DNA of 64,000 nucleotides from NCBI GenBank assembly GCA_965246715.1, contig CBDFFH010000015.1:1-64000 (forward strand), read 5' to 3'. Source of the stretch: Chamaesiphon sp. (GTDB lineage: Bacteria; Cyanobacteriota; Cyanobacteriia; Cyanobacteriales; Chamaesiphonaceae). Below the pieces are notes generated by a model, which did no database searches, was not told where the DNA came from, and was given only the letters and a program-made list of their open reading frames with translations. Of the stretch, positions 43,096 to 54,042 are shown piece after piece (positions within the stretch are counted from its first letter, which is position 1; each line of letters opens with the position of its first letter). The translations under genes and the position numbers were made by a program.

Positions 43096-43635
43096 CTACG
43101 CACCAACAGCTGCCATTTCGTTGACGCTGGGTTGACCGCCGTTTGCCGTAAATACTTCGCCTTCCATGAAGGAGCGTAACATCCAGGCCATTTTCTCGTG
43201 CTGTTCCATCAAGCCAGTTAAGAAATCCGCCGTTCCTTGATCCTTGTATTTATCGCTACAAGCGTCGATATGCTCGCGTAAATTCCGGATGATTTGTTCG
43301 TGATCTTCAACTAGTCGTGCCACCATCCCATTCGCAGTCGGAACATCGCCTGGATGCTCTTTAATCGAAGCTAGTTCCAAGCAACCAGCCATCGTCCCAA
43401 CTGGATAACCGCCCAGCGTCCGCACGCGTTCGGCAATCAGGTCGAGATTTTCCGATAGAGCGGTATATTGCTCTTCCCAGAGGAGATGTAAAGTGCGAAA
43501 TTGCGGGCCGACGACATCCCAATGATGTTTCTTAGTTTTTACTACTAACAAATAAGTATCTGCTACATCATGATTGAGTAAATCCACAACGCCCATCCGT
43601 TGATCGTGTGTTAAACCGATGTTAATGCTTTGCAT
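43096..43635 (-). CDS. dps: DNA starvation/stationary-phase protection protein Dps
   Basis: KTKKHHWDVVGPQFRTLH, IAERVRTLG, HEKMAWML; start likely MQSINIG at 43635. Confidence 0.93.
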   Translation of the reverse strand: MQSINIGLTHDQRMGVVDLLNHDVADTYLLVVKTKKHHWDVVGPQFRTLHLLWEEQYTALSENLDLIAERVRTLGGYPVGTMAGCLELASIKEHPGDVPTANGMVARLVEDHEQIIRNLREHIDACSDKYKDQGTADFLTGLMEQHEKMAWMLRSFMEGEVFTANGGQPSVNEMAAVGA

Positions 43636-44253
43636 TTTTTTAATTCCTATAGCGATCTTTACACTGCTACCTAGTATCAAACCAAAAATTATAGTTAACT
43701 GCATCACTCTAAAGCATGAGGCGGCAGATCTACCTTTTGGGAGAAGAGCCGATCTGCTAATATCCCATATATTGCTTAGTCTCAGTAAAATATTTATGCT
43801 TTGAGTACTGAGAAAGTATCGATGATAGCCATCGATATTGTTTGGATGTGTAAGCTAAGTATGAATGTGTTCGGTTTGGATCTAACTGGGTGTCCGAGCA
43901 TCATCGCCGCTGCAAGCGACCGATTTTTAACTCACGTATCTCTCTAGCGCTCGGTTGAAGCTGTGGCAACTTTAGTATGAGAATTACTCGGATTGTCAAC
44001 TTAAAATGTGGATGATTGCGATTGAGTTTTAAATTTTTTAAGATCTTTCGATAAAATTTGGATCGGTACTCGATCGGCCATTTTTTATTAGTAATAGTTG
44101 GTAATTCATACTTCAAGTAAAACTGAAGATGACTACCGATCGACTATTCACTTTGACAGATCGGCTAAACGTGACAATCTTTCGATCGAGTGATGCGATC
44201 TTTAGGCTACTTGATGGACGATGACAAGGTAGTTAATTTGAGACGAAAAACAC

Positions 44254-44403
44254 ATGAAAGTCAATACATCACCCCAAACATCAGAACTAACTCCACCTAA
44301 AAATATCACCCCATCTTCACAAACAGTAATTAGTGGCATCTTGATTTTGCTACCGCTGACTTCACTAATTATCGCTCTTTATAGTGGAGCGATTCGTCCC
44401 TAG
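44254..44403 (+). CDS. Putative 49-aa single-TM small protein (not in the ORF track)
   Basis: MKVNTSPQTSELTPPKNITPSSQTVISGILILLPLTSLIIALYSGAIRP: polar N-tail plus one hydrophobic helix. Confidence 0.5.
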   Translation: MKVNTSPQTSELTPPKNITPSSQTVISGILILLPLTSLIIALYSGAIRP

Positions 44404-44526
44404 GTGGGGGGTGTCCAAATAACCTTTAGCAATGCTCGATCGATTACTACTCAGCATTTTAGAGAATAGCAATCGACCGTCAATCTAAATCTCTAAAAGC
44501 AACCGAGCGTAGGCTCAGGGGAAATC

Positions 44527-47500
44527 ATGTTTGAAGATCTTGCCAGAATTCTAAATTATAGTAATCTTCCGAGCGCGCTATTTAACAAAGCGCCAGCAGC
44601 GCCGCTACCGCCAGCGCACCCCCAAATCATCGATATTGAGGTGCCACTGGGATTCTCTGGTTCGCAGTTTTTAGTCGCATTGGGATCGGGCTTATTAATT
44701 GCTTTTGCCTTCCAATTTTTATTAACCAATCTTTCGGTTGCGTTGGTTGCCACTCCGGGAGTTGCTGATACTGAGGGCGATGCAGATAGCCTCGGCGATG
44801 TGATTCGCGGGATCGAAACCAAAGTTGGTTTCTTTATTCTATCGACAGTGACGATCGCGTTAGCAATCGCGACATTTTTAGCAGTCAAACTCAGCATGGT
44901 TAACAATGCTATGCTAGGTGCGATCGTCGGTGTCACTATTTGGGCGGCGTACTTTTCACTAATTGTCTGGTTGGGTTCGGGCGCAGTCGGCTCGCTCGTG
45001 GGTTCGCTCATCGGCACGGTAACGTCTGGTTTGCAAGGCATCATGGGTACCGCAACAGCAGCTATTGGTGCCAATGTCGCCAAAAACCAAGTAGTTGCTA
45101 CCGCAGAAGATATTACTGCGGCGGTACGGCGCGAGTTGACGGCTGGTTTCAATCCTGACGTTATTCAAAAGACGCTGCAAAGCTCGCTCGGGAAATTAGA
45201 ATTACCAAAATTAGATGTCGATAGTATCGGCAACCAGCTTGAGAAATTATTGAAAGACTCGGATCTCAAGGATCTTAAAGATAGCGATCTACTCAAGAAT
45301 GTCAATCGGCAAACCTTTGTCGATCTAGTTAGCAGTCGCACGGACTTTTCCCAACAAGATGTCAACAAAATTGCCGATCGATTAGAATCGGTGTGGCAGA
45401 AATTTAGTAAGTCCGATAATATCGACGATGCGAAAGGTCAATTGAGCGAATTACTCAAGTCGGTCGATCCCAAAGATCTGGGTTCCGATCGAGTCACTAG
45501 TAAACTCGGTCAACTTATCAAGCAAGCTTCCAGTCAAGGATCTGGCGATGATAGTCTGACTACCCAAGCATTGCGATTGGGCTTTACGGCATTAATGGGT
45601 AAAGTATTGCAGCGTACCGACCTTTCAGATTTGCATATCGAGAAGATTTTCGGTCAGTTGCAAAACTTGAAACAAGACTTACCGGAAACAGCTAAAAAAG
45701 CGATCGAGCAAGTTGCTGGTGGTAAAGACAAACAACAGTTTAATGTCATCAAAGCCGACCTGCAAAACTACTTAGTATCGTCTCCGCCGTGGAAACTCAA
45801 CCGCGAAACCATCAAGCAAGAATTTAAGGATGTCATCTACGATCCTCAAGCTGCACCTGGTAAAGTTCGCCAGCAATTGGAGTCGATCGATCGCAATTAT
45901 TTGGTCGATACACTCTCACAACGTCAAGATTTTACCCCAGAACGCGCGCAAGAACTTGCCGAACAATTAGACGCAATTCGATCGGAAGTTTACGAGACTG
46001 TCAAAACGGCTGAGTCCGAATCGAGTACACAGGAACTCCGAGGCAAGGTCGAAAATTATCTGAAATCCACGGGTAAAGAAGAACTCAATCCTGAGGCGAT
46101 CGAGCGCGAGTTCAAACTACTCTTAGAAGACCCTGCCGCAGGCGTAGACGCACTCGGAAACCGATTGAGTCAATTCGATCGGGATACGCTTACCCAACTG
46201 CTGAACCAGCGTCAGGATGTCGATGCCGACCAGGTAAATGGGATCGTCGATCGACTCGAAAGCACTCGCGATCGGGTATTATCCGAAGCCCAAGATCTCC
46301 AAGCACAAGCGAAAACTAAAACACAGGAACTACGTCAGAAAGTCGAAGAATATCTGCGCAATACCAACAAGGAAGAACTCAATCCTGAAGGGATCCAGCG
46401 CGATTTCCAAACACTACTTGAAGATCCGCAAGCAGGTGCGAACGTGCTCAAAGAACGGTTCTCGCAATTCGATCGGGATACTCTAGTTCAACTGTTGAGC
46501 CAGCGTCAAGATCTCAGCGAGGAACAAGTCAACCAAACGCTCGACCAAATCGAATCAGTGCGCGATCGAGTACTCAATGCGCCCAAGGAAGTTGCCGATA
46601 AAGCCAAAGAGCAATACGAGCAAACCACTACCAAAATCGCCGAGTACCTGCGCAAGACCAATCTGGAAGAACTCGACCCTAAAGGGATCCAAACAGATCT
46701 CACCACCTTGTTCGACGATCCCAAAGCTGGTGCTACCGCACTCCAAGAACGGCTCGGACAAGTCGATCGAGAAACGTTAGTCAAACTCCTTTCTCAAGGA
46801 GATCTGTCGGAAGATCAAGTAAATAACGCGATCGATAAAGTGCAAACCGCGATCGGGAATACGGTAAAAGCACCGCGTCGGTTAGCCAGTCGCGTACAAA
46901 AGCAAGCTGTAGATTTTAAAACCAATCTCGAAGAGTACTTGCGCAATACTAATAAAGAAGAACTCAACCCCGAGGGGGTCGAACGCGACCTGCAACTGTT
47001 GTTACAACATCCACAAGCCGGATTGATGAGTTTGGGCGATCGGGCCTCAGAATTCGATCGGGATACCTTTGTCGCACTATTATCCCAACGTGACGATATC
47101 AGCGAAGCAGAAGCAAATGAAATTGCCGATCGGATCGCATCGACCTACACATCGCTCGTCGAGCAGTTCCAAAAAGTCCAACAGGCCCTACAATCGGCGC
47201 TCGATGGCGTTTTTGGTAAGGTTCGGGATTACCTTAACTCTCTGGACGTACCTGAGCTAAATTACGAAGGGATCCAACAGGATTTCAGCCAGCTCTTTGA
47301 CGATCCGCAAGCCGGATTTGAAGCACTGCGCCACCGTTTGGGTGAATTCGATCGGGATACGCTCGTGGCGGTAATTAGCTCTCGCGACGATCTCTCCACT
47401 ACCGATGCGAACAAAATCGTCGATCGGATCGAAGCTACTCGCGATCGTGTCCTCCATCAAGCCGAACGCATCCAGTCCGAAACTCAAAAGCGGATCGATG

Positions 47501-47646
47501 CGGTCAAAGAGCAAGCCCAAAAACGCGCGATGGCGACGCAAAAGATCGCTGCAGGTGCCGCTTGGTGGCTGTTTGGGACAGGTGTAACTTCCCTGGCTGT
47601 ATCCGCAGCAATCGGCTTTATCGCCGTCGGTAAAGACATCTTCTAA
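44527..47646 (+). CDS. Large membrane-anchored protein with about 100-aa helical repeats
   Basis: N-terminal and C-terminal TM helices; repeated YLRNTNKEELNPEGI..D...L.EDPQAG...R..QFDRDTL units. Confidence 0.85.
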   Translation: MFEDLARILNYSNLPSALFNKAPAAPLPPAHPQIIDIEVPLGFSGSQFLVALGSGLLIAFAFQFLLTNLSVALVATPGVADTEGDADSLGDVIRGIETKVGFFILSTVTIALAIATFLAVKLSMVNNAMLGAIVGVTIWAAYFSLIVWLGSGAVGSLVGSLIGTVTSGLQGIMGTATAAIGANVAKNQVVATAEDITAAVRRELTAGFNPDVIQKTLQSSLGKLELPKLDVDSIGNQLEKLLKDSDLKDLKDSDLLKNVNRQTFVDLVSSRTDFSQQDVNKIADRLESVWQKFSKSDNIDDAKGQLSELLKSVDPKDLGSDRVTSKLGQLIKQASSQGSGDDSLTTQALRLGFTALMGKVLQRTDLSDLHIEKIFGQLQNLKQDLPETAKKAIEQVAGGKDKQQFNVIKADLQNYLVSSPPWKLNRETIKQEFKDVIYDPQAAPGKVRQQLESIDRNYLVDTLSQRQDFTPERAQELAEQLDAIRSEVYETVKTAESESSTQELRGKVENYLKSTGKEELNPEAIEREFKLLLEDPAAGVDALGNRLSQFDRDTLTQLLNQRQDVDADQVNGIVDRLESTRDRVLSEAQDLQAQAKTKTQELRQKVEEYLRNTNKEELNPEGIQRDFQTLLEDPQAGANVLKERFSQFDRDTLVQLLSQRQDLSEEQVNQTLDQIESVRDRVLNAPKEVADKAKEQYEQTTTKIAEYLRKTNLEELDPKGIQTDLTTLFDDPKAGATALQERLGQVDRETLVKLLSQGDLSEDQVNNAIDKVQTAIGNTVKAPRRLASRVQKQAVDFKTNLEEYLRNTNKEELNPEGVERDLQLLLQHPQAGLMSLGDRASEFDRDTFVALLSQRDDISEAEANEIADRIASTYTSLVEQFQKVQQALQSALDGVFGKVRDYLNSLDVPELNYEGIQQDFSQLFDDPQAGFEALRHRLGEFDRDTLVAVISSRDDLSTTDANKIVDRIEATRDRVLHQAERIQSETQKRIDAVKEQAQKRAMATQKIAAGAAWWLFGTGVTSLAVSAAIGFIAVGKDIF

Positions 47647-47961
47647 ATCGATGACTCGCTGTTTATAGAGGCGTGCAGTAGCACGCCTCTATTTATTTTC
47701 TAACTTAACAATCGACCCGCTGTTTTTTTATAAATCATTACAGATGAAACTTCATCGACTTCACCGAAATTCTCAACCGCAACCTCCAAAAAATTCACCA
47801 ACCGATCGCCAAGCAGGATCGCCACCAGAGCGGATCGCCTTAGAAAATATCTGTATAAAGACATATATCGATCGACGATTTTTTCCTGCTAAGTGTGGAT
47901 TGAGAACGCGAAAAAATCAGCGAAGCTAATTAAATTAACTAACCAAATTATTGAAAACTCT

Positions 47962-48840
47962 ATGACACAATCCACCGAATTTCGTCCCGGCCCAGAAGAG
48001 ATCCCGGCACTTCAGTTAGAGTATCCCGCCAGCCAGCGCGAGATGACTCCCCAACCCGACACTGACATGTCCAACTATCAACCCGCAGGTAAACTGGTCG
48101 GCAAGGTTGCATTGATTACTGGGGGTGATTCGGGCATTGGGCGGGCGGTCGCGATCGCTTATGCGATGGAGGGTGCCAAAGTCGCTATTCTGTACAATGT
48201 CAACGATGATGATGCCTACGATACGCGCGCGATGGTCGAACAACATGGTGGCGAATGTCTGATCGTCAAATCCGATGTGCGCGACCCTGAAGCCTGTCGG
48301 TTGGCGGTGGTCTCTACGGTGGCGGAATTCGGCGGCTTGGATATCTTGGTAAATAATGCTGCTTATCAGATGTATCAAGAAAAATTTGAGGATCTCAGCG
48401 AAGAGCAATTCCGGCGGACGATGGAAACAAATGTCTTTGGTTATTTTTATATGGTCAAAGCGGCAATCCCCTATCTTGAGGCTCACAGCGCGATTATCAA
48501 TACTGGCAGTATCGTGGGCAAGATCGGTAAGGAGTTTTTAATCGATTATGCGGCTAGTAAGGGTGCGGTGCATTCTTTTACGAAAGCTCTGGCGCTAAAT
48601 TTGGCAGAACGCAAAATTCGGGTGAATGCAGTGGTACCTGGGCCTGTCTGGACACCGAATATTCCGGCGACAATGCCTGCGGATAAGGTGGATAGCTATG
48701 ATACGGATTCGGCGATGAAGCGTGCGGCGCAACCGGAGGAGTTGGCTCCAGCTTATGTGTTTTTAGCTTCGCAGGATAGCAGTTTTATTACTGGTGCTTT
48801 GTTGGATGTCACTGGGGGTCAGTTGTCTTCGGGTGATTAG
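47962..48840 (+). CDS. SDR oxidoreductase (YhdF/general-stress type)
   Basis: ALITGGDSGIG, LVNNAA, YAASK, VVPGPVWTP; start likely ATG 47962. Confidence 0.92.
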   Translation: MTQSTEFRPGPEEIPALQLEYPASQREMTPQPDTDMSNYQPAGKLVGKVALITGGDSGIGRAVAIAYAMEGAKVAILYNVNDDDAYDTRAMVEQHGGECLIVKSDVRDPEACRLAVVSTVAEFGGLDILVNNAAYQMYQEKFEDLSEEQFRRTMETNVFGYFYMVKAAIPYLEAHSAIINTGSIVGKIGKEFLIDYAASKGAVHSFTKALALNLAERKIRVNAVVPGPVWTPNIPATMPADKVDSYDTDSAMKRAAQPEELAPAYVFLASQDSSFITGALLDVTGGQLSSGD

Positions 48841-49328
48841 GTTGAGGTCTTGGTTGTTGCGTTTGAGACCTGAATTCCTTACCCACAGATTTTGGATTGG
48901 TGCTTTCATGAAAATTGCTGGTGGGTGGAACCCGGATCTGGGGGTCAGAACCCCAGACCCCCCACCGAGGGGCGGGACGCACCCCCTCGGACTCCCCATC
49001 GTATGTTTCAATCGCTGACGCGATTGCCGATCGATCTAGCAGCTATAACTGTGTCTGGAAGGGCTTTGTATTGCTGACCGATCTAGCTACAAATAGGTCT
49101 GGAGATGATTTATATGGATCTAATTTAGGGGGTTTAACAAAGTGTATTTAACTGCCACGATCGGGTCGATCGAAGCTGGTAGCAAATCTCTAAAATGACT
49201 CTATCTGCACGGTTTGGTGCCAATAAATCTGAATCTCGATCGCATCTCTGGCACTTAAGGACAATCAGTTATGATATTTTCGATTACTAGATTCCTGACT
49301 ACCTCGAAAATTCAAGTTCGGCGACTGG

Positions 49329-50153
49329 TTGGTGCGATTCGCTATGGGTTGCAGCGCGATCGATTGGAAACTGTTTTTGCGGTGGTTTCAATTGGCTTGT
49401 TTTCTCCCATTTTGTCGGACACATGCCAATAAACGGAGTGCGCCTAGACTCCCGTGGGCGTTTGGCGATCGAGTCTTAGACGGGATCCGCGCGGCACTCG
49501 ATTTGCGATCGGCACTCCTGCCCTACTTTTATACCCTTGCTTGGGAAGCCAACCACAGCGGTGCGCCCTTAGTCCGCCCCCTGTTTTGGACGGCGACAGA
49601 TCGAGTCGATTTGTGGAATGTCGAGGATACCTTTTTATTGGGCGATGCGTTGCTGGTCGCGCCGATCGTGGTTAAGGAGCAACAGGAACGCCAGATTCCG
49701 CTCCCACAGGGAGATTGGTACGACTTCTGGAGCGATCTTAGTTGGCGCGGACAGCCCCAGATTACTTTGCCAGTTACGCTCAATCGTATTCCAGTTTTAG
49801 TCAAAGCTGGCAGCATCTTACCAATGGAAACAGCCCAACGGTCGATCCTCCACTGTTATCCCGATCGCGCTGGCAATTGCAGCAGCACGGTTTACGCCGA
49901 TGCTCTCGATGGCTATACTCCAGGCCGAATCGATCGATTCGAGCTGGTGCATGATAACAGGAAATGGCAGCTAAATTGGGAAGCTACGGGCGATTATCCG
50001 TTTCCTTATGATGCGGTGCGGTTCACTATATATGGGGTGCAGTTAGAGGAAGTCCGTGCCGATAAATGTGCGATCGATTTCACCGAAGGAATTTTCACGA
50101 TCGCACCCTTTCAGTCTGTAACTTTTACTGGTTCGTTGCAGTCGTTGGGATAG
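49329..50153 (+). pseudogene. GH31 alpha-glucosidase C-terminal fragment
   Basis: LFLRWFQLACFLPFCRTH, LLPYFYTL, PLVRPLFW, FLLGDALLVAP, LPQGDWYDFW; the N-terminal catalytic region is absent. Confidence 0.75.
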
Positions 50154-50218
50154 CTCCCCCTACCCAAAGTGGTGGCGGCGATGCCAAAAATCTCCATCCA
50201 AACTTTCTTCTCCTCACG

Positions 50219-51727
50219 ATGAATCAACCCTACGACTACATTATTATCGGCACAGGCGCAGGCGGTGGCACCCTCGCCTACGCCCTCGCCCCCACTGGCG
50301 CAAACATCCTGTTGCTCGATCGCGGCACCTCCATCCCCAGAGAACCCAACAACTGGAACCCCAAAAAAATCTACCAACAAGGACTCTACCAAACCGACGA
50401 AATTTGGTACGACGATCGCGACAAACCGATTTACCCCAACGCCTACCATCGGGTTGGCGGGAACACCAAAGTCTACGGTGGCGCACTCCTCCGGATGCGA
50501 TCCCAAGATTTTACAGCCAGATCGTACTCAACTGGTAGCACCCCCGCCTGGTCGATCGACTACGAAACTCTCGCTCCCTACTACCTCCAAGCCGAGAAAC
50601 TCTATCAAGTCCACGGTAGACGCGGCACCGACCCCTCCGAACCCCCGGAGTCAGCAGATTTTGATTTCCCCCCGTTACCCCACTCACCGCAAATTCAACA
50701 AGTAGCCGACAAGCTCACAGCGGCCGGATTATGGCCATTTCCCCTGCCGATGTCCCTCGACTATCGCGAACCGATGACTGAGACATCATGTATCTTGTGC
50801 AAAACCTGCGACGGTTATCCCTGCAAAATTTGGGCGAAAGCCGATGCCGAAACCTGCTGCGTCCAACCCGCTTTACAGTACCCAAATGTTAGCTTAATCA
50901 CAGGGGCAAAAGTCGATCGATTGGTGACTAGTGCAGATGGTAGCCGGGTAACTGGAGTTATGGCCGAGATCGACGGCGCGCTGCAAACATTTACAGCCGC
51001 TCGCGTCATTGTCTCCTGTGGTGCGGTGAATTCGGCAGCGTTATTGCTCCGATCGGCAACAGATCGCCATCCCGATGGCTTAGCCAATAGTTCGGGGCTG
51101 GTAGGGCGTAATTTGATGAAGCACAATACCAGCAAACTGTATGCGATCGTGCCGGAAGCGCAAACTACCGTCTTCCAAAAAACGCTGGCGATTAATGACT
51201 TCTACTTTGGAGTTGAGGGCGATCCGCGTCCGCTCGGACACATCCACTTAATGGGCAAACACACTGGCGACATGATGCGATCGGATTTTCCCCGCTGGGT
51301 AATTCCCCCAGTTCTAGAATTGCTGTCGCGGCATTCGATCGATTGGTGGACGCAGACGGAAGATTTCCCCGATCCTGACAACCGCGTCACGCTAGATCGA
51401 TCGGGTCAGATCCAGATTCACTATACCGCCAACAATCAATCCGCCCATCAGGATCTCAAAACTAAATTCAAGGCAATTCTGCGTCAGATCGGTTGTCCGG
51501 TAGTATTTGATGTCCCCGTCCCCTTGAAAATTGTCAACCATCAATGCGGTACTTGCCGGATGGGAGACGACCCGAAAACTAGCGTGCTAAATAACGATTG
51601 TCGCGCCCACGATGTCGATAATTTATATGTTGTCGATGCTAGCTTTTTCGCTGCTAGTGCGGCAGTAAATCCCACTCTGACGATCGCTGCTAACGCCTTG
51701 AGAGTAGCCGATCGATTGCAAAATTAG
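50219..51727 (+). CDS. GMC-family oxidoreductase
   Basis: YDYIIIGTGAGGG, VGGNT, HQCGTCRMG, NPTLTIAANALR; start likely ATG 50219. Confidence 0.92.
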   Translation: MNQPYDYIIIGTGAGGGTLAYALAPTGANILLLDRGTSIPREPNNWNPKKIYQQGLYQTDEIWYDDRDKPIYPNAYHRVGGNTKVYGGALLRMRSQDFTARSYSTGSTPAWSIDYETLAPYYLQAEKLYQVHGRRGTDPSEPPESADFDFPPLPHSPQIQQVADKLTAAGLWPFPLPMSLDYREPMTETSCILCKTCDGYPCKIWAKADAETCCVQPALQYPNVSLITGAKVDRLVTSADGSRVTGVMAEIDGALQTFTAARVIVSCGAVNSAALLLRSATDRHPDGLANSSGLVGRNLMKHNTSKLYAIVPEAQTTVFQKTLAINDFYFGVEGDPRPLGHIHLMGKHTGDMMRSDFPRWVIPPVLELLSRHSIDWWTQTEDFPDPDNRVTLDRSGQIQIHYTANNQSAHQDLKTKFKAILRQIGCPVVFDVPVPLKIVNHQCGTCRMGDDPKTSVLNNDCRAHDVDNLYVVDASFFAASAAVNPTLTIAANALRVADRLQN

Positions 51728-51745
51728 ACTATAAATTAGATCTTT

Positions 51746-52519
51746 ATGACACCCAACACTTCCACCCCCCACAAATCGAGTTGGCAGATTGCGACGCTTG
51801 CTGCGATCGGGTTTGCGATTATTTGGAACTTTGTCACCAATATCTTTCCGCCGACGGGAGTGTCGATCGGCGAATTATCCAATACTGTATTTGCTGATGT
51901 CAAAATTATTCCGGCGAATTATGCCTTTGCAATTTGGGGATTGATTTATACGGGTCTAGTTGCATTTGGTTTTTATCAATTAGACCATCGTCGTGCTGAT
52001 AATATTGCCTTACAAAATACTCGCCGCTGGATCGTGCTGGCGAGCGTACTGCAATGTGCTTGGATATTGTTGTTTTTATATCAACAAATGTTCCTATCTA
52101 CCTTATTTATGTTTGGTATTCTGTGGGGATTGATTAACTGTTATCGCAGTCTTCATACCCCGCAAAAAACTGCTCGTCCATTGTCTACGAATAATTGGGT
52201 ACCGAGTGTCTTTAGTTTATACCTAGGTTGGATTAGCGTTGCCACGATCGTCAATATCGCTGCCACACTCTATCTTTGGGGTTGGAATGGTAGCCCTTTA
52301 TCTCCAGAAATTTGGACGCTATCGCTGATAGCGATTAGTGTCGGTTTGGCTGTCATCTTATGGAAAATTTATGCCGATCGGGTATTTGGCGGGGTAATTA
52401 TTTGGTCGATCGTCGGAATTATTATGGCTAATTTAGACTCGCCGGTAATCGGTATCGGTGGGTTAATTGCGCTGGTAATTTTGGCATTATTGCTGTTACC
52501 CCGATCGATCTCCTTGTGA
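51746..52519 (+). CDS. Multi-pass membrane protein (tryptophan-rich sensory/TspO-like)
   Basis: PANYAFAIWGLIY, SLYLGWISVATIVN; about 8 TM helices. Confidence 0.75.
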   Translation: MTPNTSTPHKSSWQIATLAAIGFAIIWNFVTNIFPPTGVSIGELSNTVFADVKIIPANYAFAIWGLIYTGLVAFGFYQLDHRRADNIALQNTRRWIVLASVLQCAWILLFLYQQMFLSTLFMFGILWGLINCYRSLHTPQKTARPLSTNNWVPSVFSLYLGWISVATIVNIAATLYLWGWNGSPLSPEIWTLSLIAISVGLAVILWKIYADRVFGGVIIWSIVGIIMANLDSPVIGIGGLIALVILALLLLPRSISL

Positions 52520-52958
52520 GAGGATGTTTGAAAAGGGTTTTTGATGTGGCTCCACGCTCCACATCCCCCTAAATTCCCTTAAAAAGGCTACCGGGCGTTG
52601 CTGGATTGGGGTATGACTTACCGACCGCCGCTAAGGCGGCGCGCAAGCTTCGAGTGATATTTTCATCGATCGATTATCGCGAGCGATTGAATATGAAATT
52701 GGCAGTTAATTAAATTTCAGATAATCAAGGAGTAATCTAATAGTCCAATCGATCGAAAATTATCAAAACGAGGCTATAGGGATCGAAGGCTATAGTCTGA
52801 AAAAATCATGAATAACGTCCTCAGATCGCGATCGATTGTTATATTCGGTCAGATCTGGCACTCGATCGGGAATACTCACAGCAACCGATCGTTCGCCCAA
52901 ATGGTAGATTTATCCGGTTTAGATGAGAGCCACCGCAATTTACGCCCCCGATCGATCG

Positions 52959-52978
52959 TATAATGAGAATCATTCCCA
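52959..52978 (+). promoter_or_regulatory. -10 box overlapped by a Zur/Fur-type 7-1-7 box
   Basis: TATAAT (52959-52964) overlaps TGAGAAT-C-ATTCCCA, 13 bp before the metal ABC ATPase; resembles the cyanobacterial Zur consensus TGATAATnATTATCA. Confidence 0.65.
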
Positions 52979-52991
52979 TACTTAGTCTTTC

Positions 52992-53738
52992 ATGTTAGAG
53001 GTTCAGCAATTAGCTGTCAATTACCGTGGGGTCCAAGGGTTAGACCATGTGAGCTTCAAAGTCGAGCCAGGTCAACTAGTTGGCTTGATCGGCCCGAATG
53101 GAGCGGGTAAAAGTACGCTGCTCAAAGCGATGCTGGGGCTAGTTCCGACGGCTAACGGCACAGTCAAATATTGCACCTGTCCGCTCTGTCAGCACCTCGA
53201 ACGCGTGGCATACGTCCCCCAGAGATCGCAAATCGACTGGGATTATCCGATTACCGTGTGGAATGTGGTGATGATGGCGCGAACGCGGCAACTGGGATGG
53301 TTTCGTCGTCCGGGCACAGCAGCAAAAGCGACCGTCAATGCCGCACTCGATCGGGTGGGGATGTTAGAACTCAAGGATAGGAGAATTGGCGAACTCTCAG
53401 GCGGACAGCAACAGCGGGTATTTTTAGCCCGCGCGCTCGCGCAACAAGCAGATTTATTTCTCTTTGACGAACCCTTTACTGGAGTGGATAAGAAAACTGA
53501 AGGGGTGCTGATTGAAGTCTTCAATGAATTGCGTTCGGCTGGTAAAATTCTGTTAGTCAGTACTCATGAATGGGGTCAGTCGTTGGATCGACTCGATCGA
53601 ATTTTGCTCCTCAATCAACGCTTAATCGCCGATGGCTCGCCCCAACAGGTGATGACCGCGCAAAACATCCAAGCGGCTTATGGAACTGCACTACACTACC
53701 ATAAGCATCAAGATCTGAGTGCAGAATTATTTTGCTAA
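52992..53738 (+). CDS. Zn/Mn ABC transporter ATP-binding protein (ZnuC/MntA-like)
   Basis: GPNGAGKST, AYVPQRSQIDWDYP, LSGGQQQRVFLARA, DEPFTGVD. Confidence 0.93.
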   Translation: MLEVQQLAVNYRGVQGLDHVSFKVEPGQLVGLIGPNGAGKSTLLKAMLGLVPTANGTVKYCTCPLCQHLERVAYVPQRSQIDWDYPITVWNVVMMARTRQLGWFRRPGTAAKATVNAALDRVGMLELKDRRIGELSGGQQQRVFLARALAQQADLFLFDEPFTGVDKKTEGVLIEVFNELRSAGKILLVSTHEWGQSLDRLDRILLLNQRLIADGSPQQVMTAQNIQAAYGTALHYHKHQDLSAELFC

Positions 53739-54042
53739 TAAATTATTGCCATTAATTTAAATAATACATAACAATTTTAAACAAAGGTATCAAAAGATAT
53801 TACCTAAATACACCATGTCTAGAAAAATAGAGAGCTGTAGGATATAAATTTTTTTGATTAGTCTCAAAGCCTGTAGGGTGGGCATTGCCCACCCTACTCA
53901 TTAGAATACTTTATTGTGGCAGCGCTAACCATACAGTAAATATTTACAACTTATGCTCTCAGGGATTTTCTATAACGACATACAATTTTTCCGATTCTAC
54001 AGAGATGGTGTTTTTCTAGATTGCTTAATTAAAGGGGGCGAG

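Noticed and set aside
44556..47587. Multiple antisense and alternate-frame ORFs within the repeat-protein gene (likewise within carB, cysT and the GMC gene)
   Set aside because: Shadow ORFs of long coding regions with no independent signatures.
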